Assembly (NCBI RefSeq): GCF_035084215.1
Contig: NC_090357.1
Location: 12,152,001-12,216,000, forward strand
Origin: Heptranchias perlo
Taxonomy: Eukaryota
DNA: 64,000 nt
Direction: 5' to 3'
A program made the translations under genes and the position numbers. A model generated the notes under the pieces. It searched no databases. It worked only from the letters and a program-made list of their open reading frames with translations, and was not told the DNA's origin. Below, piece by piece: positions 37,180 through 49,596 of the stretch; the first letter of the stretch is position 1, and the number at the start of each line of letters is the position of its first letter.

Positions 37180-39378
37180 TATTTGACCCTGAGATGAGCT
37201 TCCGACCACATATCCACTCCATCACCAAGACTGCCTACTTCTACCTCCGTAACGTCGCCCGTCTCCGCCCCTGCCTCAGCTCATCTGCTACTGAAACCCT
37301 CATCCATGCTTTTGTTACCTCTAGACTTCACTATTCCACCTCCTGGCCGGCTTCCCATCTTCCACCGTCCATAAACATGAGCTGATCCAAAACTCTGCTG
37401 CCCGTATCCTAACTCGCACCAAATCCCGTTTACCCATCACCCCTTTGCTCACCGACCTACATTGGCTCCCGGTCCGGGAACGCCTCGATTTTAAAATTCT
37501 CATTCTTGTTTTCAAATCCCTCCATGGCCTCGCCCCTCCCAATCTCTATAACCTCTCCAGCCCTACAACCCTCCGAGATCTCTGCGCTTTTCGAATTCCT
37601 ACCTCTTGCGCATCCCCATTTTAATCGCTCCACCATTGGCGGCTGCTCCTTCAGCTGCGTAGGCCCTAAGCTCTGGAATTCCCTCCCTAAACCTCTCCGC
37701 CTCTCTAGGAACATAGGAACAAGAGTAGGCCATTCAGCCCCTATGCCTGCTCCGCCATTTGGTAAGATCATGGCTGATCTGTGATCTAACTCCATATACC
37801 TGCCTTTGGCCCATATCCCTTAATACCTCTGGTTGCCAAAAAGCTATCTATCTCAGATTTAAATTTAGCAATTGAGCTAGTATCAATTGCCGTTTGCGGA
37901 AGAGAGTTCCAAATTTCTACCACCCTTTGTGTGTAGGAATGTTTTCTAATCTCGCTCCTGAAAGGTCTGGCTCTAATTTTTAGACTGTGCCCCCACTCCT
38001 AAAATCCCCAACCAGCGGAAATAGTTTCTCTCTATCCACCCTATCCGTTCCCCTTAATATCTTAAACTTCGATCAGATCACCCCTTAACCTTCGAAACTC
38101 TAGATAATACAACCTCAATTTGTGTAATCTCTCCTCGTAACTTAACCCTTGAAGTCCGGGTATCATTCTAGTAAACCTACGCTGCAATCCCTCCAAGGCC
38201 AATATGTCCTTCCGAAGGTGCGGTGCCCAGAACTGCTCACAGTACTCCAGGTGCGGTCCAACCAGGGTTTTGTATAGCTGCAGCATAACTTCTGCCCCCT
38301 TGTACTCTAGTCCTCTAGATATAAAGGCCAATATTCCATTTGCCTTCTTGATTATTTTCTGCACCTGTTCATGACACTTCAATGATCTATGTACCTAAAC
38401 CCCTAAGTCCCTTTGGACATCCACTGTTTTTAACTTTTTACCATTTAGAAAGTACCCTGTTCTATCCTTTTTTGATCCAAAGTGGATGACCTCACATTTG
38501 TCTACATTGAATTCCATTTGCCACAGTTTTGCCCATTCACCGAATCTATCAATATCCCTTTGTAATTTTATGTTTTCATCTACACTGCTTACAATGCCAC
38601 CAATCTTTGTGTCATCGGCAAACTTAGATATGAGACTTTCTATGCCTTCATCTAAGTCGTTAATAAATATTGTGAATAATTGAGGCCCCAAGACAGATCC
38701 CTGCGGGACTGCACTAGTCACATCCTGCCAATGTGAGTACCTACCCATTATCCCTTCTCTCTGTCGCCTTTCGCTCAGCCAATTTCCTAACCAAGTCCGT
38801 ACTTTTCCCTCGATTCCATGGGCTTCTATCTTAGCTAACAGTCTCTTATGTGGGACCTTATCAAATGCCTTCTGGAAGTCCATATAAATAACATCCATTG
38901 ACATTCCCCTGTCCACTACTTTAGTCACCTCTTCAAAAAATTCAATCAGGTTTGTCAGGCACCACCTACCTTTCACAAATCCATGCTGGCACTCTCTGAT
39001 TAACTGAAAATTCTCGAGGTGTTCAGTCACCCTATCCTTAATTATAGACTCCAGCATTTTCCCCACAACAGATGTTAGGCTAACTGGTCAAAAATTCCCC
39101 GGTTTCCCTCTCTCTCCTTTCTTAAAAAGCGGAGTGACATGTGCAATTTTCCAATCTAGAGGGACAGTTCCTGAATCTAGAGAACTTTGAAAGATTATAC
39201 TGCTCTCTCCTCCTTTAAGACGCTCCTTAAAACCTACCTCTTTTTGGTCACCTATCCTAATGTCTTCTTACTTGGCTTGGTGTCAAATTTTGGTTAATAA
39301 TCGCTCCTGTGAAACACCTTGAGACGTTGTACTACGTTAAAGGTGCTATATAAATACAAGTTGTTGTTGTTGTTGTTG
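37180..39378 (+). mobile_element. L2 LINE 3' end (37180-37705 and 39200-39378) split by CR1
   Basis: FDPEMSFRPHIHSITKTAYFYLRNVARLRPCLS...LIHAFVTSRLHYS, LHWLPV and GPKLWNSLP. The 3' end is AAAGGTGCTATATAAATACAAG(TTG)n. Confidence 0.9.
37706..39199 (-). mobile_element. CR1 LINE nested in L2, relatively young
   Basis: A 223-aa RT ORF (QHGFVKG, YMDFQKAFDKVPH, VPQGSVLGP, KFADDTK) plus the downstream ORF. The tail reads TAGGAACATAGGAAC on the + strand. Confidence 0.95.
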
Positions 39379-39480
39379 TGCCCATTCTTTGAAATATTTT
39401 CGTAACAGGTTTTTTACTTCCCCAATCTAATTCATTAATATTCAACATTCGTATAATGAATAAACAATTAAACATTTTAA

Positions 39481-39483
<3 letters not shown>

Positions 39484-39520
<37 letters not shown>
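39484..39520. repeat. (TA)n microsatellite
   Basis: Direct reading of the sequence. Confidence 0.9.
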
Positions 39521-40329
39521 TTATTACAATTCCTCAGTAAATTATACATGAAGGAATTCTGGCTCTTCAATATGTGCAAATTTTGCCCACAGAGTTGCAG
39601 GATTTTGTAAATCACTACCACTGATTTTTACGTTCTAGCTTTTGCCAATCAAACAATCTGTGGATGTTTAGCATTTTAAATAAAATTATGAAAATTACAC
39701 ATATGTTACCCATTTCCTTCTCTATCAGTAGTGATTTTAGGCATAAAAATGCAAGTAGGGAGTTACTCTGCCAGAAACAGTAGAAAGCAGTTTTTAAAAA
39801 AGTATTCTTTTGATAAATGACTATCATTTGTTTCATGCTGAGAACTGTTATATATCCAAGCACTTTATATTAAATGAAATAGAAATGTATAACTGATTCT
39901 ACTTAGACCAGACTCAAGTGTTTTCCTCTACGTTACTTCATTTCCCTATTGACTGCTGATTCATGTCCCATTTGATAGCCTGATCCTAACTAACAGCTGG
40001 GACCCTATCTAGCAGTGTTTCCAGTTCTTGGACAATTGATAGCTTGTGTCTCCTCCTTACTGACAACTCTTGCCTTAGCTGGGATTGTGTCTCCCCCAGC
40101 TGACTCTTCAGGTCACATTTCCTGAACTGACTGCCCCAATTGCCATTATATCACCCTGCGTTCCGTTTCTGTCAATGCATGCCTTTAACTGACGGCTTGT
40201 ATTCTGTATGTAGGATTGCGTTAACTAACATCTAGCATTGATATTTTTCACTAACAAACTCGACAGTATGGATAAGACTTTGATTATGGGCTGATGTTTC
40301 TTTCTGTCTCTCAATTCTTTGAGCTCTGT

Positions 40330-40930
40330 TTTACAATGTCAAGAAGATGGTCATGTCCTCCTTGACGTTTCTATGATGTTTGACACGGTTAGTTGTGAGA
40401 GACGTCTCCACCATCTTTCCCATCTCAATGGGACTGCCCTTGTTTGGTTCTACTTCTACATATCTCAGCGCAGCCAACAAATTTCCAGCAATGGCTTTTC
40501 CTCTCGGATGTACACAGTCACCCCCAGTGTTCCCCAAGGATCCATCTTCGGCACCACCCTCTTCTTTATCTACATACTGGCTATCGTGATATCATCTGTG
40601 GACATGTTAGCTTCCACAGGTATGGTGATGACATTCACCATTTCGCACAACAGGACCATCACCATGCTGTCAGACTGCCTTTCTCATATTAAGTCATGTG
40701 TGAGCCAGAATTTCCTAATGCCATATTTTTTGGGCCACGCCATAATCTCTTCACCCTTACCATCGACTTCGTTCCTGTCCATGACTGCTCACTGAGGCTG
40801 AACCAGACTGTTTGATCTGTTTGACCCATAGCTGTGCTTCAAACCCCAAGTCCTATTCCATCTCTAAGACTGCTTACTTCAACATTACCTGCCAAAACCC
40901 TTATCCATACTTCTATCACCCCTGGACTCA
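40330..40930 (+). mobile_element. Old L2 LINE RT fragment
   Basis: VLLDVSMMFDTV, GTALVWFYFYISQRSQ, SVPQGSIFGTTLFFIY, HVSFHRYGDD and LSDCLSHIKSCVSQNFL. Confidence 0.8.
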
Positions 40931-42228
40931 ACATCTATATTCTGGGTATTTAGCCTTGTTATTGTAGCCAAACCTTCAGTACTTATCCCAATACTCTGAG
41001 ACCACCAAATTAGTTATTAACCGGGGATTTATCTTATAAAGATTTGAGCTCCTCTTGAAAATCTGAATGGAGTTTCAGCCAGGACTTTGGAGAGAGGAAG
41101 AGAAAGCTGTTCTAAAGAGAAGCTTGTAACGAAACAGTTTGTCAATATAGCTTTTCTATCCTTGTTAATGACTAAAGTTAAATTGCCAAACAGTGTATGT
41201 GGTTATCAGGCATGTACAGTATCTCACTATGTATTTTAGTTTTCTACATTGTACCAAAATACAGTAATGAAAACCAGGTTCCACCAATGTAATGCTTAGT
41301 TCTGATAATATCAGTACAAGTTGTATCAGACACAATTGCTTCCTTGTGCTTTCTGTGCCTCTGAGACATTGACAAGTTATGCCAGACCACGCACACTTGT
41401 TTTAGGAAATGCGGTATCAGGTTGTTATGCGTATCTTCTGAAATATCTGTGGGGATGGTCAGGAATGCAAATTAATGTGAATTGTAGTGGGACGAATATC
41501 TCCTTATTTGGAAATGTTGTTAAAAAGACAGCATATACCTTATTTGGATTTTCAAAATGTAATCCTTTTATAGCCATAGAAGACAGTCCTATTTTGGAAT
41601 GGTAGATAGAGATAATTATCTTGTGCTTTAAGGTTTCTGTACTTCAGAACAGAACCTGCACAGAGTGTGTGTGTGTTTTTTTTGTTTGTGGAAGAATTTA
41701 TTTTTTTCTCAACTAAGTTGGCTGTTAGGTCATTAAATAAATCTTGGGGATGGTGTTGATCCAGATTAAGAATTATCCGTACCCAATATTGAAGAACTGA
41801 CACAAAGTTGGGATTTCAAACTTATTTTGTTGAAGACATACAAGGGCTGAAGTGATGTTCTTCTGGCAGTGCGGAACCTTGCTGGTAGTGAGCGTGGATC
41901 AAAGATTCAGCGCTACAGTGTTATAGCCCTATCTGTTCCCCCTTGCTCGCATCGAAGTTGGTTCCATGGCAGAAGATTAATCTTGTTATTTGGGCCCTAT
42001 AGAGTAAACCCCTTAGTATAACACTCAAAGATGTCGCTTGATTGCTGGTCTTCCCCACATTGTAAACAGAACTTCCTTATGTCTCCAAAAGGAGCATTAT
42101 ACTTATGTTGTTCAGCTACCTTCCATGCCATGTAGTACATCAGAATGCCAGATCATAATGATGAAATCAGTTAATCCAGCGTAGCATAAAAATGCTAAGG
42201 CTACAATTCTCAGTAAGTTTTTGTTTAA

Positions 42229-42496
42229 ATCTGCATTCACACTTCAAATGTAGGGTTGGTGTCGAGCGGTTTGGCTTCATACTGGCACTGCAGGTACAGT
42301 GCAAATACAGCTGAATTTGGTATGAGGGCCCAACCTGACACCAGAATAAAGCTGAGTGAGACTTCTTGGAGGAGGTAATCTCATTCTGCTTTTTTTGGGA
42401 ATCAGATAGCGCCTGATTTACACTCCAAGTTTAGTGCCGTTGTTAAATGGTTTTGGCTTTGCGCCGACGCTAAACTTGTGTAGTGTGAATGCACCC
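42229..42496. mobile_element. Old MITE with TGCATTCACACT terminal inverted repeats
   Basis: TGCATTCACACT (42232-42243) pairs with AGTGTGAATGCA (42482-42493), with imperfect inward extension of about 20 bp. Confidence 0.6.
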
Positions 42497-42511
42497 TTAG
42501 TGTGACATTTC

Positions 42512-42695
42512 AAAAACAGATTAACTGACCACTCATCTCATTCGTGTTTGTGGAACGATACCGTGTGCAATGTGGTTGCCACTTTCACCTGCATAACAAC
42601 AGTAACTGCAATTCAACGCAATTCATTGTAGGTGAAGTACTTTGAGATGTTTCTGACAGGTGTGTTAAGGTACTATATTAATGTGAGTCTTTCTT
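42512..42695 (+). mobile_element. 3' part of a DeuSINE-like SINE with L2-type tail
   Basis: AAACAGATTAACTGACCACTCATCTCATT matches 63460-63495. It ends GTGAAGTACTTTGAGATG...AAGGTACTATATTAATG. Confidence 0.6.
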
Positions 42696-44519
42696 CACAA
42701 TACAATATCACTCTGAATTCCTAGCTGGTGCTCTCATCGGGGGAGGTTCCAGTAAAGTTGACTAGTTGTAACTCAGGTCATTTTGTTATTTATTAACCTG
42801 GTTGCAAGAGTGTAATAAGGCATAAATAACAGTTATCGGCATGCCGTTTTCAATGATGTCATACCGTGGCTGTGTGCATCTGCTACATGCACTTAGAGTA
42901 ATTGATAACATGCCTGAGAAAACAATCCAGACCAGAGGAGGGGGAAGGGAAGGAATGTGACCTTTATGAACCCCAAACCTCAAGTACTACTTTTCTCAAC
43001 TATAGTAACATCCATCCGATACAGCTTTTTAACCCTTTGCAAGTTGTGGTTACATGGAAAAATAATAAGATATTACAGTATTTAAAATCTATCAAGCGGG
43101 TCCAAATAATTTATCATTCTTCTGACTCTACATTATTCAATTCTGCTTTAGAATTGATTTTTTTGCAGCTGTTATATAAAGAACAATATGACCAGGAGTG
43201 TGGCACAAGACTTTAACATGTTTGAAGAATTTCAGTGATGTCAGGTGATCATAAACCCTCCCAATGGACCTCTGTGCTTTTACAATTCGTGGCAGTGAGA
43301 CAATTCAACTCTTCGGAATTATAGATACCTGCGAGTCTGTTTTTATTTATAACTTAACACTTTGTGTTGTATATTCGTGAAGGACAAAGTCGCTTCTAGA
43401 TTATTAGCGTATCAATCTATCCACTCAGACTTGTTTATACAGGATACAGCACCTTAATTCTGGACTATACCAACTGCACATATATCAGACAGATTAGCCA
43501 TGATCTTCCAATTAGCCGCAACACCAGCAGACTTGCGGCAGTCCAGAACTTCCACCACTGCAAAGATGCCCTCTGACACCAGCTGAGTTTCCAAGGTCAG
43601 GGTCATTTAAATAATTCTGCCTGGGAGCCATCTTGGGACCTGAGGCTTGCCCCAGTGTAACATGGCCTCTCGGGTAGCTGAAGAGTGGTAGAATTCTTTT
43701 CCAATTTTTCAAACTCATGGGACTGGAGAGTTTAATTGATCACCCCACTATCGATTTAACTGCCTTTAGGGGATTTAAAATTTAAATTCACTCCTCTACC
43801 AGCTATAGCAACACAGAGGGGCACAGAGGTGTCATTTGTGTCCAGTGTTGCTCAGGCACGTATGATGTATTCATGTCATTTTCCTCTAATTATGTTCTGA
43901 CAGAAAGTTAGCAAACCTGCTCTCGAAGATTGTTCTGACACACTGCTAGAGTTATGTCCAGGAGCTGACTTGAAAGGAAAATCGAAGCATTATTCCTTAC
44001 TCTCAACATTAATTGTATTAGGGCAAAAAAGTAAAAATTAATTAACAATGAGTCATTTCTACAAGTCTAGAATAGGTTGCAACTGGAAAAGTGTAGCAGA
44101 CTATTTGTCTGGAGATTTTTATCAGGATCCTGGAAACAATAAGAACTGCTAGCATTTCAAGTTGCCTGTGTTAAAATTCAGGAAGCATTTTACAACACAT
44201 TCTAAAAAGAAAATTTTGCCTGAGTAGACCACCAAAAAGTGATAAAGTAACTTGACAGTTCATTACAAAGGAAAGCCACAATGCTATTAGGCTTTTTTGA
44301 TAACTCATGATGTGCTAAAAGGTTAAATGAAAAGGATAAATATTGACTTGTGGTTATTGTCATTGGTAGCATTGAAAGTTTAGTCTTTTATGGCTCTTGC
44401 ATGAGGAACTGAGACTTGAAATGAGTTAGCTGCTAAATGTCTTGCACCTTTTGAAGATTATTTTTTAAAATGGCTGGCATCATTAATTATTAAGAATTTT
44501 AATCTTAATCTATGGATTC

Positions 44520-44830
44520 TTTTTCTCCTCCACTATTTTCTCCTGTATTCCTAATTTACTCTCCTCTCCCAAAGGTGAGGATTCATACTGAGATTCACTT
44601 CCATGAATATTGTTCAGTACCTCACCCAGGGGTTTTATCCTTCACATATGTGTCTGAATACTGGCTATTTGCATATTATTCAACATGGGAGGCATCAAGT
44701 CAAGTTCAATCCTGTCACACTCGACATACCTCCACTTCCAGCAGGGGTCACTTATTGGAGAAGCAGGAGTTAGAACCTGTCTGATTTTCCTTTCTCCCTC
44801 ACTCACTCAGGGACACTAAGCTCATCTGTG
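44520..44830 (-). mobile_element. Ancient tRNA-derived SINE copy
   Basis: CAGTACCTCACCCAGG...CTTCACATATGTG...ATCCTGTCACACTCGAC...TTCCAGCAGGGGTCAC is the reverse complement of the family body. Confidence 0.58.
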
Positions 44831-44965
44831 GAGCTCTCCAGCATTTTTGAACGATTTAGGTACTGACATTGAGACCATAAAAGTAGAAAATATAAAATAT
44901 TCAGAACATTATAACAGCTCTGTATCAGTTTTAGCGCCAAAGTAAAGAAGCAAATTGAAAGCCAA

Positions 44966-45609
44966 GAGCCCAATATTAACGGGTGGGTGGGGGGTTAAAA
45001 TCATGTCTTTGAGCTCCCCACACCATTCTCGACCCGTTCACGACGCACGCCAATTTAACAGGTGCTTTTCTGGCTTCAGGACAGCCGCAAGCCCCAGACA
45101 AGCGGGGGCCTAATTACAGAGGCAGAGTTGCAGTCCGATGACGTAATTGCAACATGCACGTGATTTTAACTCTGGGTCGACTAACTGGCAGCAGGCAGCA
45201 TCGTGGCCAGAAGAGGCCCAAGTAAGTCTTTGAAACATTTTTTTTTTAATGGTTCCTTGTGGGACAGGAGGAGCCGGAGTGATCCTCCTACCCCACAGGG
45301 AGACTTTAGAAATTCCGCTTCCTCAGGCCTCTTCCCCTTCCGATCATGATCGTTCCCAGTTCCCTCCCTTTACTCACACCTTGCTGGTGACTGTTTCCTT
45401 ATACCCCCAGCAACGCCCTGCAGCCTCCCGATTTCCTGCTCTCGTTCCCCCGACCCCTACGCATCCCCGCCGGTTTTGGGCAGGTGTCCGTGAGGGAACA
45501 ATAAAGTGAGGCCTGGATGTTAAAATCGCCCAGGCCTCATGCTCCAGGTTGCCAATCGGATTACTGCCCGCTTCAGGGCCCGATTCCTTCCACAGGTTAA
45601 AATCGGGGC
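44966..45609. mobile_element. MITE, Harbinger-like
   Basis: Imperfect TIRs GAGCCCAATATTAAC / GTTAAAATCGGGGC. CpG-rich interior with repeated GTTAAAATC / GATTTTAAC motifs. Confidence 0.7.
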
Positions 45610-48597
45610 TAAGTTGTCCAGCTGTCTCATTCTTGAAAGGGCTGTGGAACAAATCTCCTCTTTTCAGACAGATGATATTGATTAGAAATGTAAATCTAGT
45701 GATTTTAAATTTGGCAAAAGTTGTTGGGGGTGAATTTCCGCTGGTGTCCTCCTGATCATCCACTGTAACTTCAGCAAAAGAGCTGCGGAAACCCTGGAAA
45801 AATGATGTTTGCGCCATTTCGCTGGGGTTTCAGTGGTTCTTTCACTGAAGCAATGGCGGACAAGCAAGAGAACCCCCGCAGCACGTCACCCCTGTTCCAA
45901 CACTGATTTTGTTTTTTGGACTGAGGTGCTTGCAGGTGGAAAGCAGATAACACTGACCTTTCCGACTGCAGACGTGAAGTCATCTTTAAAGCAGACATGA
46001 GAAGCTAGCTTATCTTCAGGGGAAACCAGCCTTTCCTCGTAAATTACTTACAGCCATCGGCCCATTTGACATGTGACATTTTAAACAATGTAACAGTTCC
46101 TCAATACCACTGAACAGAACATGCGATTTAGTCAGTATTAATCTGGATGACATTGTAGTAAGCTCAGCTAGTGCAATTAGTTTGGAGATACTGATGCTGT
46201 CTGAACAGGCTCTCGGGTCATTAATTGTCACATCGGCATTTTGAAACTTCACTTTATGTTACAAGTATTTTTTTTAAATGAAATGACCTGTTATTTTTAG
46301 GAAAAAAGTACAGGAGATATAAATTGACAACATTTTTGCAGTCTCCAAATCATACTTTAGTGTTAATCAATGCCTAGTTACAGGCATCAAGCAGGGTTTG
46401 GAATCGAGAAGACTTGAGGGACGTAGTAGGTGAAGGAAGTTGAGTTTTGACAAAAAAAATTCCGTTTTTAGTTTTACAATGGTGTTGCTGTCATTAACAT
46501 GATGTTCTTAAAATGGAGCATGTGAGACACTACAGAAAAGTCACTGCAGAGCTGCACTTCTTGCTAAACTCCTTAGTACTTGGCTTTATTTTTATTCTAA
46601 GTTACAAACTGAAGAAACTATGACATTTCAGAGACTGCACCCTGCAGAAAAATTTCATCCAAGAGGGTTTGGAGATGTATTTAGGTGGTATTGTTTAGAT
46701 ATTGGTTTGAATCAAAGTAATTTCAGCTGTAAACAGAGCAGTACAAGCCAACAGCACCAACCTAAATGATTGGATTAAATTCACAACCAATGATAGTCGA
46801 GGTCTCTACAAAATCAAGGTCGTATCATGCAAAGATCCCAAAGGACGAGTAATTGTTCTCCAATAATGGTATGATCAGGTTATTCTTTCACTGGAACTAG
46901 ATTGTCATTTTGAACAAAGGAACAAGTGGCGGCTTAAAGAGTAAGTTCAAAATAGTCAATAGTGTGCTGTTCATGTCGATTTATGTGTGTGTCTGAGCAG
47001 TTGTGGGTGTACCTTCAGAGGTCAGGAAAAGCCCCCAGTAAAACATTAACAATAAATTAAATGTTGCAAAAGCTGGACATAGGATTTCCAAATGCCAATG
47101 TTCTTTCAGCTTGTTCAGTTTATAGTTGTACGGCATGCCACGTATTAATAATTGCCAATGCAATATGTATTTTTAAAAATGAAATATACATAAAGATCCT
47201 GAAATCTGCAGTTATGCTTTAAGTCATTATACAAGAGTTTTCAATTTATATTTAAAATATAGTAATTATGAGCAGATTTATTGTGGCATTGCACATGGTG
47301 AATCAGTTATGTTTTCTGATATTTAATTTACAATATAATAAGCACTAATTTACAGTGATTCAATAAGTCAAACTATGTTTTTATTACAGAGTTGTAAGAT
47401 TGTTAGTGATGTTTCGGGGCTTGAATTCAATGATTGTGTATATGTTGTGTCACATGGTAGTTCTTTTTATCTCAATTTTTAAAAAAAGTCCTGGATACAG
47501 AAGAAGATGGTAGGAAAATTGTTCTAGGCTGCAGGTAGGTAGAAGCTATGTGGTTCACGACTAGAGAGTTGATGGGACTGTGTGGATTTGTTGTATTTTA
47601 AGGATGGACCTAGGTTTAAGAAAAAGGCATCATGTAGTATGGGAGCATTGGAGCTGTGTAAGGTTTTTGGGTAATTGGAGGGGAGGATGGGAGATGTGGG
47701 AGCACTGGAGAGGCTGTACAGAAATTTAGGAGTACTAGAATGGGAACACTAGGGTCTCTTAGGAGTGAGAGAAGACCATTGGGTATGCCAGCAATGGGAG
47801 GGAGTCCTGGGTTATGAGAGGACTGGGAGAGGCGCTCTGAGGGTTGGAGACTCTTGAGAGGCTGGGTGTGACAGTGGAATTGAATACCCACAGATACCAA
47901 TTAAAATAGGCAACCACCAGATGAAAAATTAGGTAGACCGGCTTGCTGTTAACACTGATAGGGAAGATTGCTCTAGGCAGTGCATTTATTACACAGTAAG
48001 TTAGATGACTTTATGTAAAGTTTAAATTGAAACATAGCACAAATGGATAATTGACCACAATCCAGTGAACCATTAACCTTATCAATTAGAAAGAAATATT
48101 GGACAATCGCACTGTGGGTTCTTGTTTTACTGATGCATATCACTGTATTGTTCAGCAGTCTAATTCTATTTGTATTCTGTTCTTTGACACTGACCAATTT
48201 TATTTTCAATTTGAATGTGAAGCATGATATTATATCTAGTTCGTCTGATCATAGTTTGAAATGATTGTTATAGTTGCTGCAAAGGTTTCTTAAAACCATT
48301 TCTTCAACTACATATTTCTCTATAACTGATATTAATAAAATCCGTGGTAGTACCCATGGATAAAAATGTGCTTCTCTCTGCTTGTCTCCCACTCTCCAAT
48401 TTTACCTGGCTCTTGCTTCCTTTCTATTTATTTTCAACTTTTTACGTCTCACTCTGTATGCCTCACACTCTCTTTTGTCATCTCGTGTCTCTGTTTGTTT
48501 ATGGCTTATTTATTCATGTTTTCTCCCTTTGTGTGAGTCTTTTGTATGTCTCATAGTCTGCATGCCTCTCGCACATTTTCTGTCTTTGTCACTGTAT

Positions 48598-48732
48598 TGA
48601 TAATTCAGTGATCCCGCACTCTCAGCGGAGACCTGTGCTCACAGGGACTAGCTATCTGGAGCATTGTATCTCCGACCTGCGCTGCCTATAAGCACAGTTT
48701 TCCTGAGGAATGCGGTGGTGCGGAATTAATTA
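48598..48732. repeat. Degenerate inverted repeat (small hairpin MITE-like)
   Basis: Left arm TAATTC..CCGCA..CTCAG..CTGTGCT..CAGG mirrors right arm CCTA..AGCACAG..CTGAG..TGCGG..GAATTA. Confidence 0.55.
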
Positions 48733-48735
48733 TTG

Positions 48736-48797
48736 TATGTCTTGCTCTCTTTCTATGTCTTGCTCTCTTTCTATGTCTTGCTCTCTTTCTATGTCTT
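48736..48797. repeat. 18-bp tandem repeat, 3.4 copies
   Basis: TATGTCTTGCTCTCTTTC occurs three times, followed by TATGTCTT. Confidence 0.95.
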
Positions 48798-49397
48798 TCA
48801 TTCTTTAAACACTTTGAAGGTTTTGAAGTCAGCTTTGCACACAAGCATAGAGAAGAAGGGAACCGGCAGAAGCTTCACAGACTGGATCAAAGAAACTCTA
48901 AGGCCACCTTTGGCTTATGGGCTGGATCTTAAACATAACTCAGTTAGGGCACAAAACATTTTTAAAGTTCCTATTTGAAGGTTTGAAAGTTGGTAAAAAC
49001 AAAATAAATGCCTCCTAGCTATTCTAGGAGCCACTTACATTTTTGCTTTCTTGCAAGCATATAGGTAGGATATTTGACTCTCCTTCCTGCACAACTGCCT
49101 TGTGCAGTATTCAGTTCATGAGAACAATAAATAAACATTAGGAGTACAGTTAGAAAAGAATGCACCATTAATAGGTATTACAAATGGTCATAACCTATTT
49201 GAAGTGTAGCATTCAGTGATTTAAAAAGACTTGGGCCCTGAAAATTCATGATGAGGCACTATGTATGTGGGCAGGGGTGGAATTGGGACTGGACCCACAT
49301 ATATTTGATCTCTGTCTCCTTTTTTCAGAATTGAAACTTCCTCTAGAAGTTGAGACGAATGCTTCTTGCAGTCAGCCTCTTCCATCCAAACATCATT

Positions 49398-49596
49398 ACA
49401 ACACCAGGTTATAGTCCAACAAATTTATTTGAAAATCACAAGCTTTCGGAGGCTTTCTCCTTTGTCATTCACCTGACGAAGGAGAAAGCCTCCGAAAGCT
49501 TGTGATTTTCAAATAAAACAGTTGGACTATAACCTGGTGTTGTAAGATTCTTTACATTTGCCAACCCCAGTCCATCACCGGCATCTCCACATCATG
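49398..49596 (+). mobile_element. Palindromic Penelope-derived mini-element (subfamily B) with complete hammerhead motif
   Basis: About 70-bp arms around loop TTCACC (49468-49473), then tail ACCCCAGTCCATCACCGGCATCTCCACATCATG. TSD CCAAACATCATT (49386-49397 / 49597-49608). Confidence 0.92.
49469..49505 (+). ncRNA. Minimal type I hammerhead ribozyme motif
   Basis: TCAC-CTGACGA-A-GGAG-AAAGC-CTCC-GAAA-GC-TT-GTGA. Predicted cleavage after 49501. Confidence 0.7.

Noticed and set aside
45726-46253. Possible further MITE starting GGGGTGAATTTCC
   Set aside because: No convincing matching right TIR.
46600-46865. Two short open frames that look coding
   Set aside because: No recognisable homology or splice-site pair.
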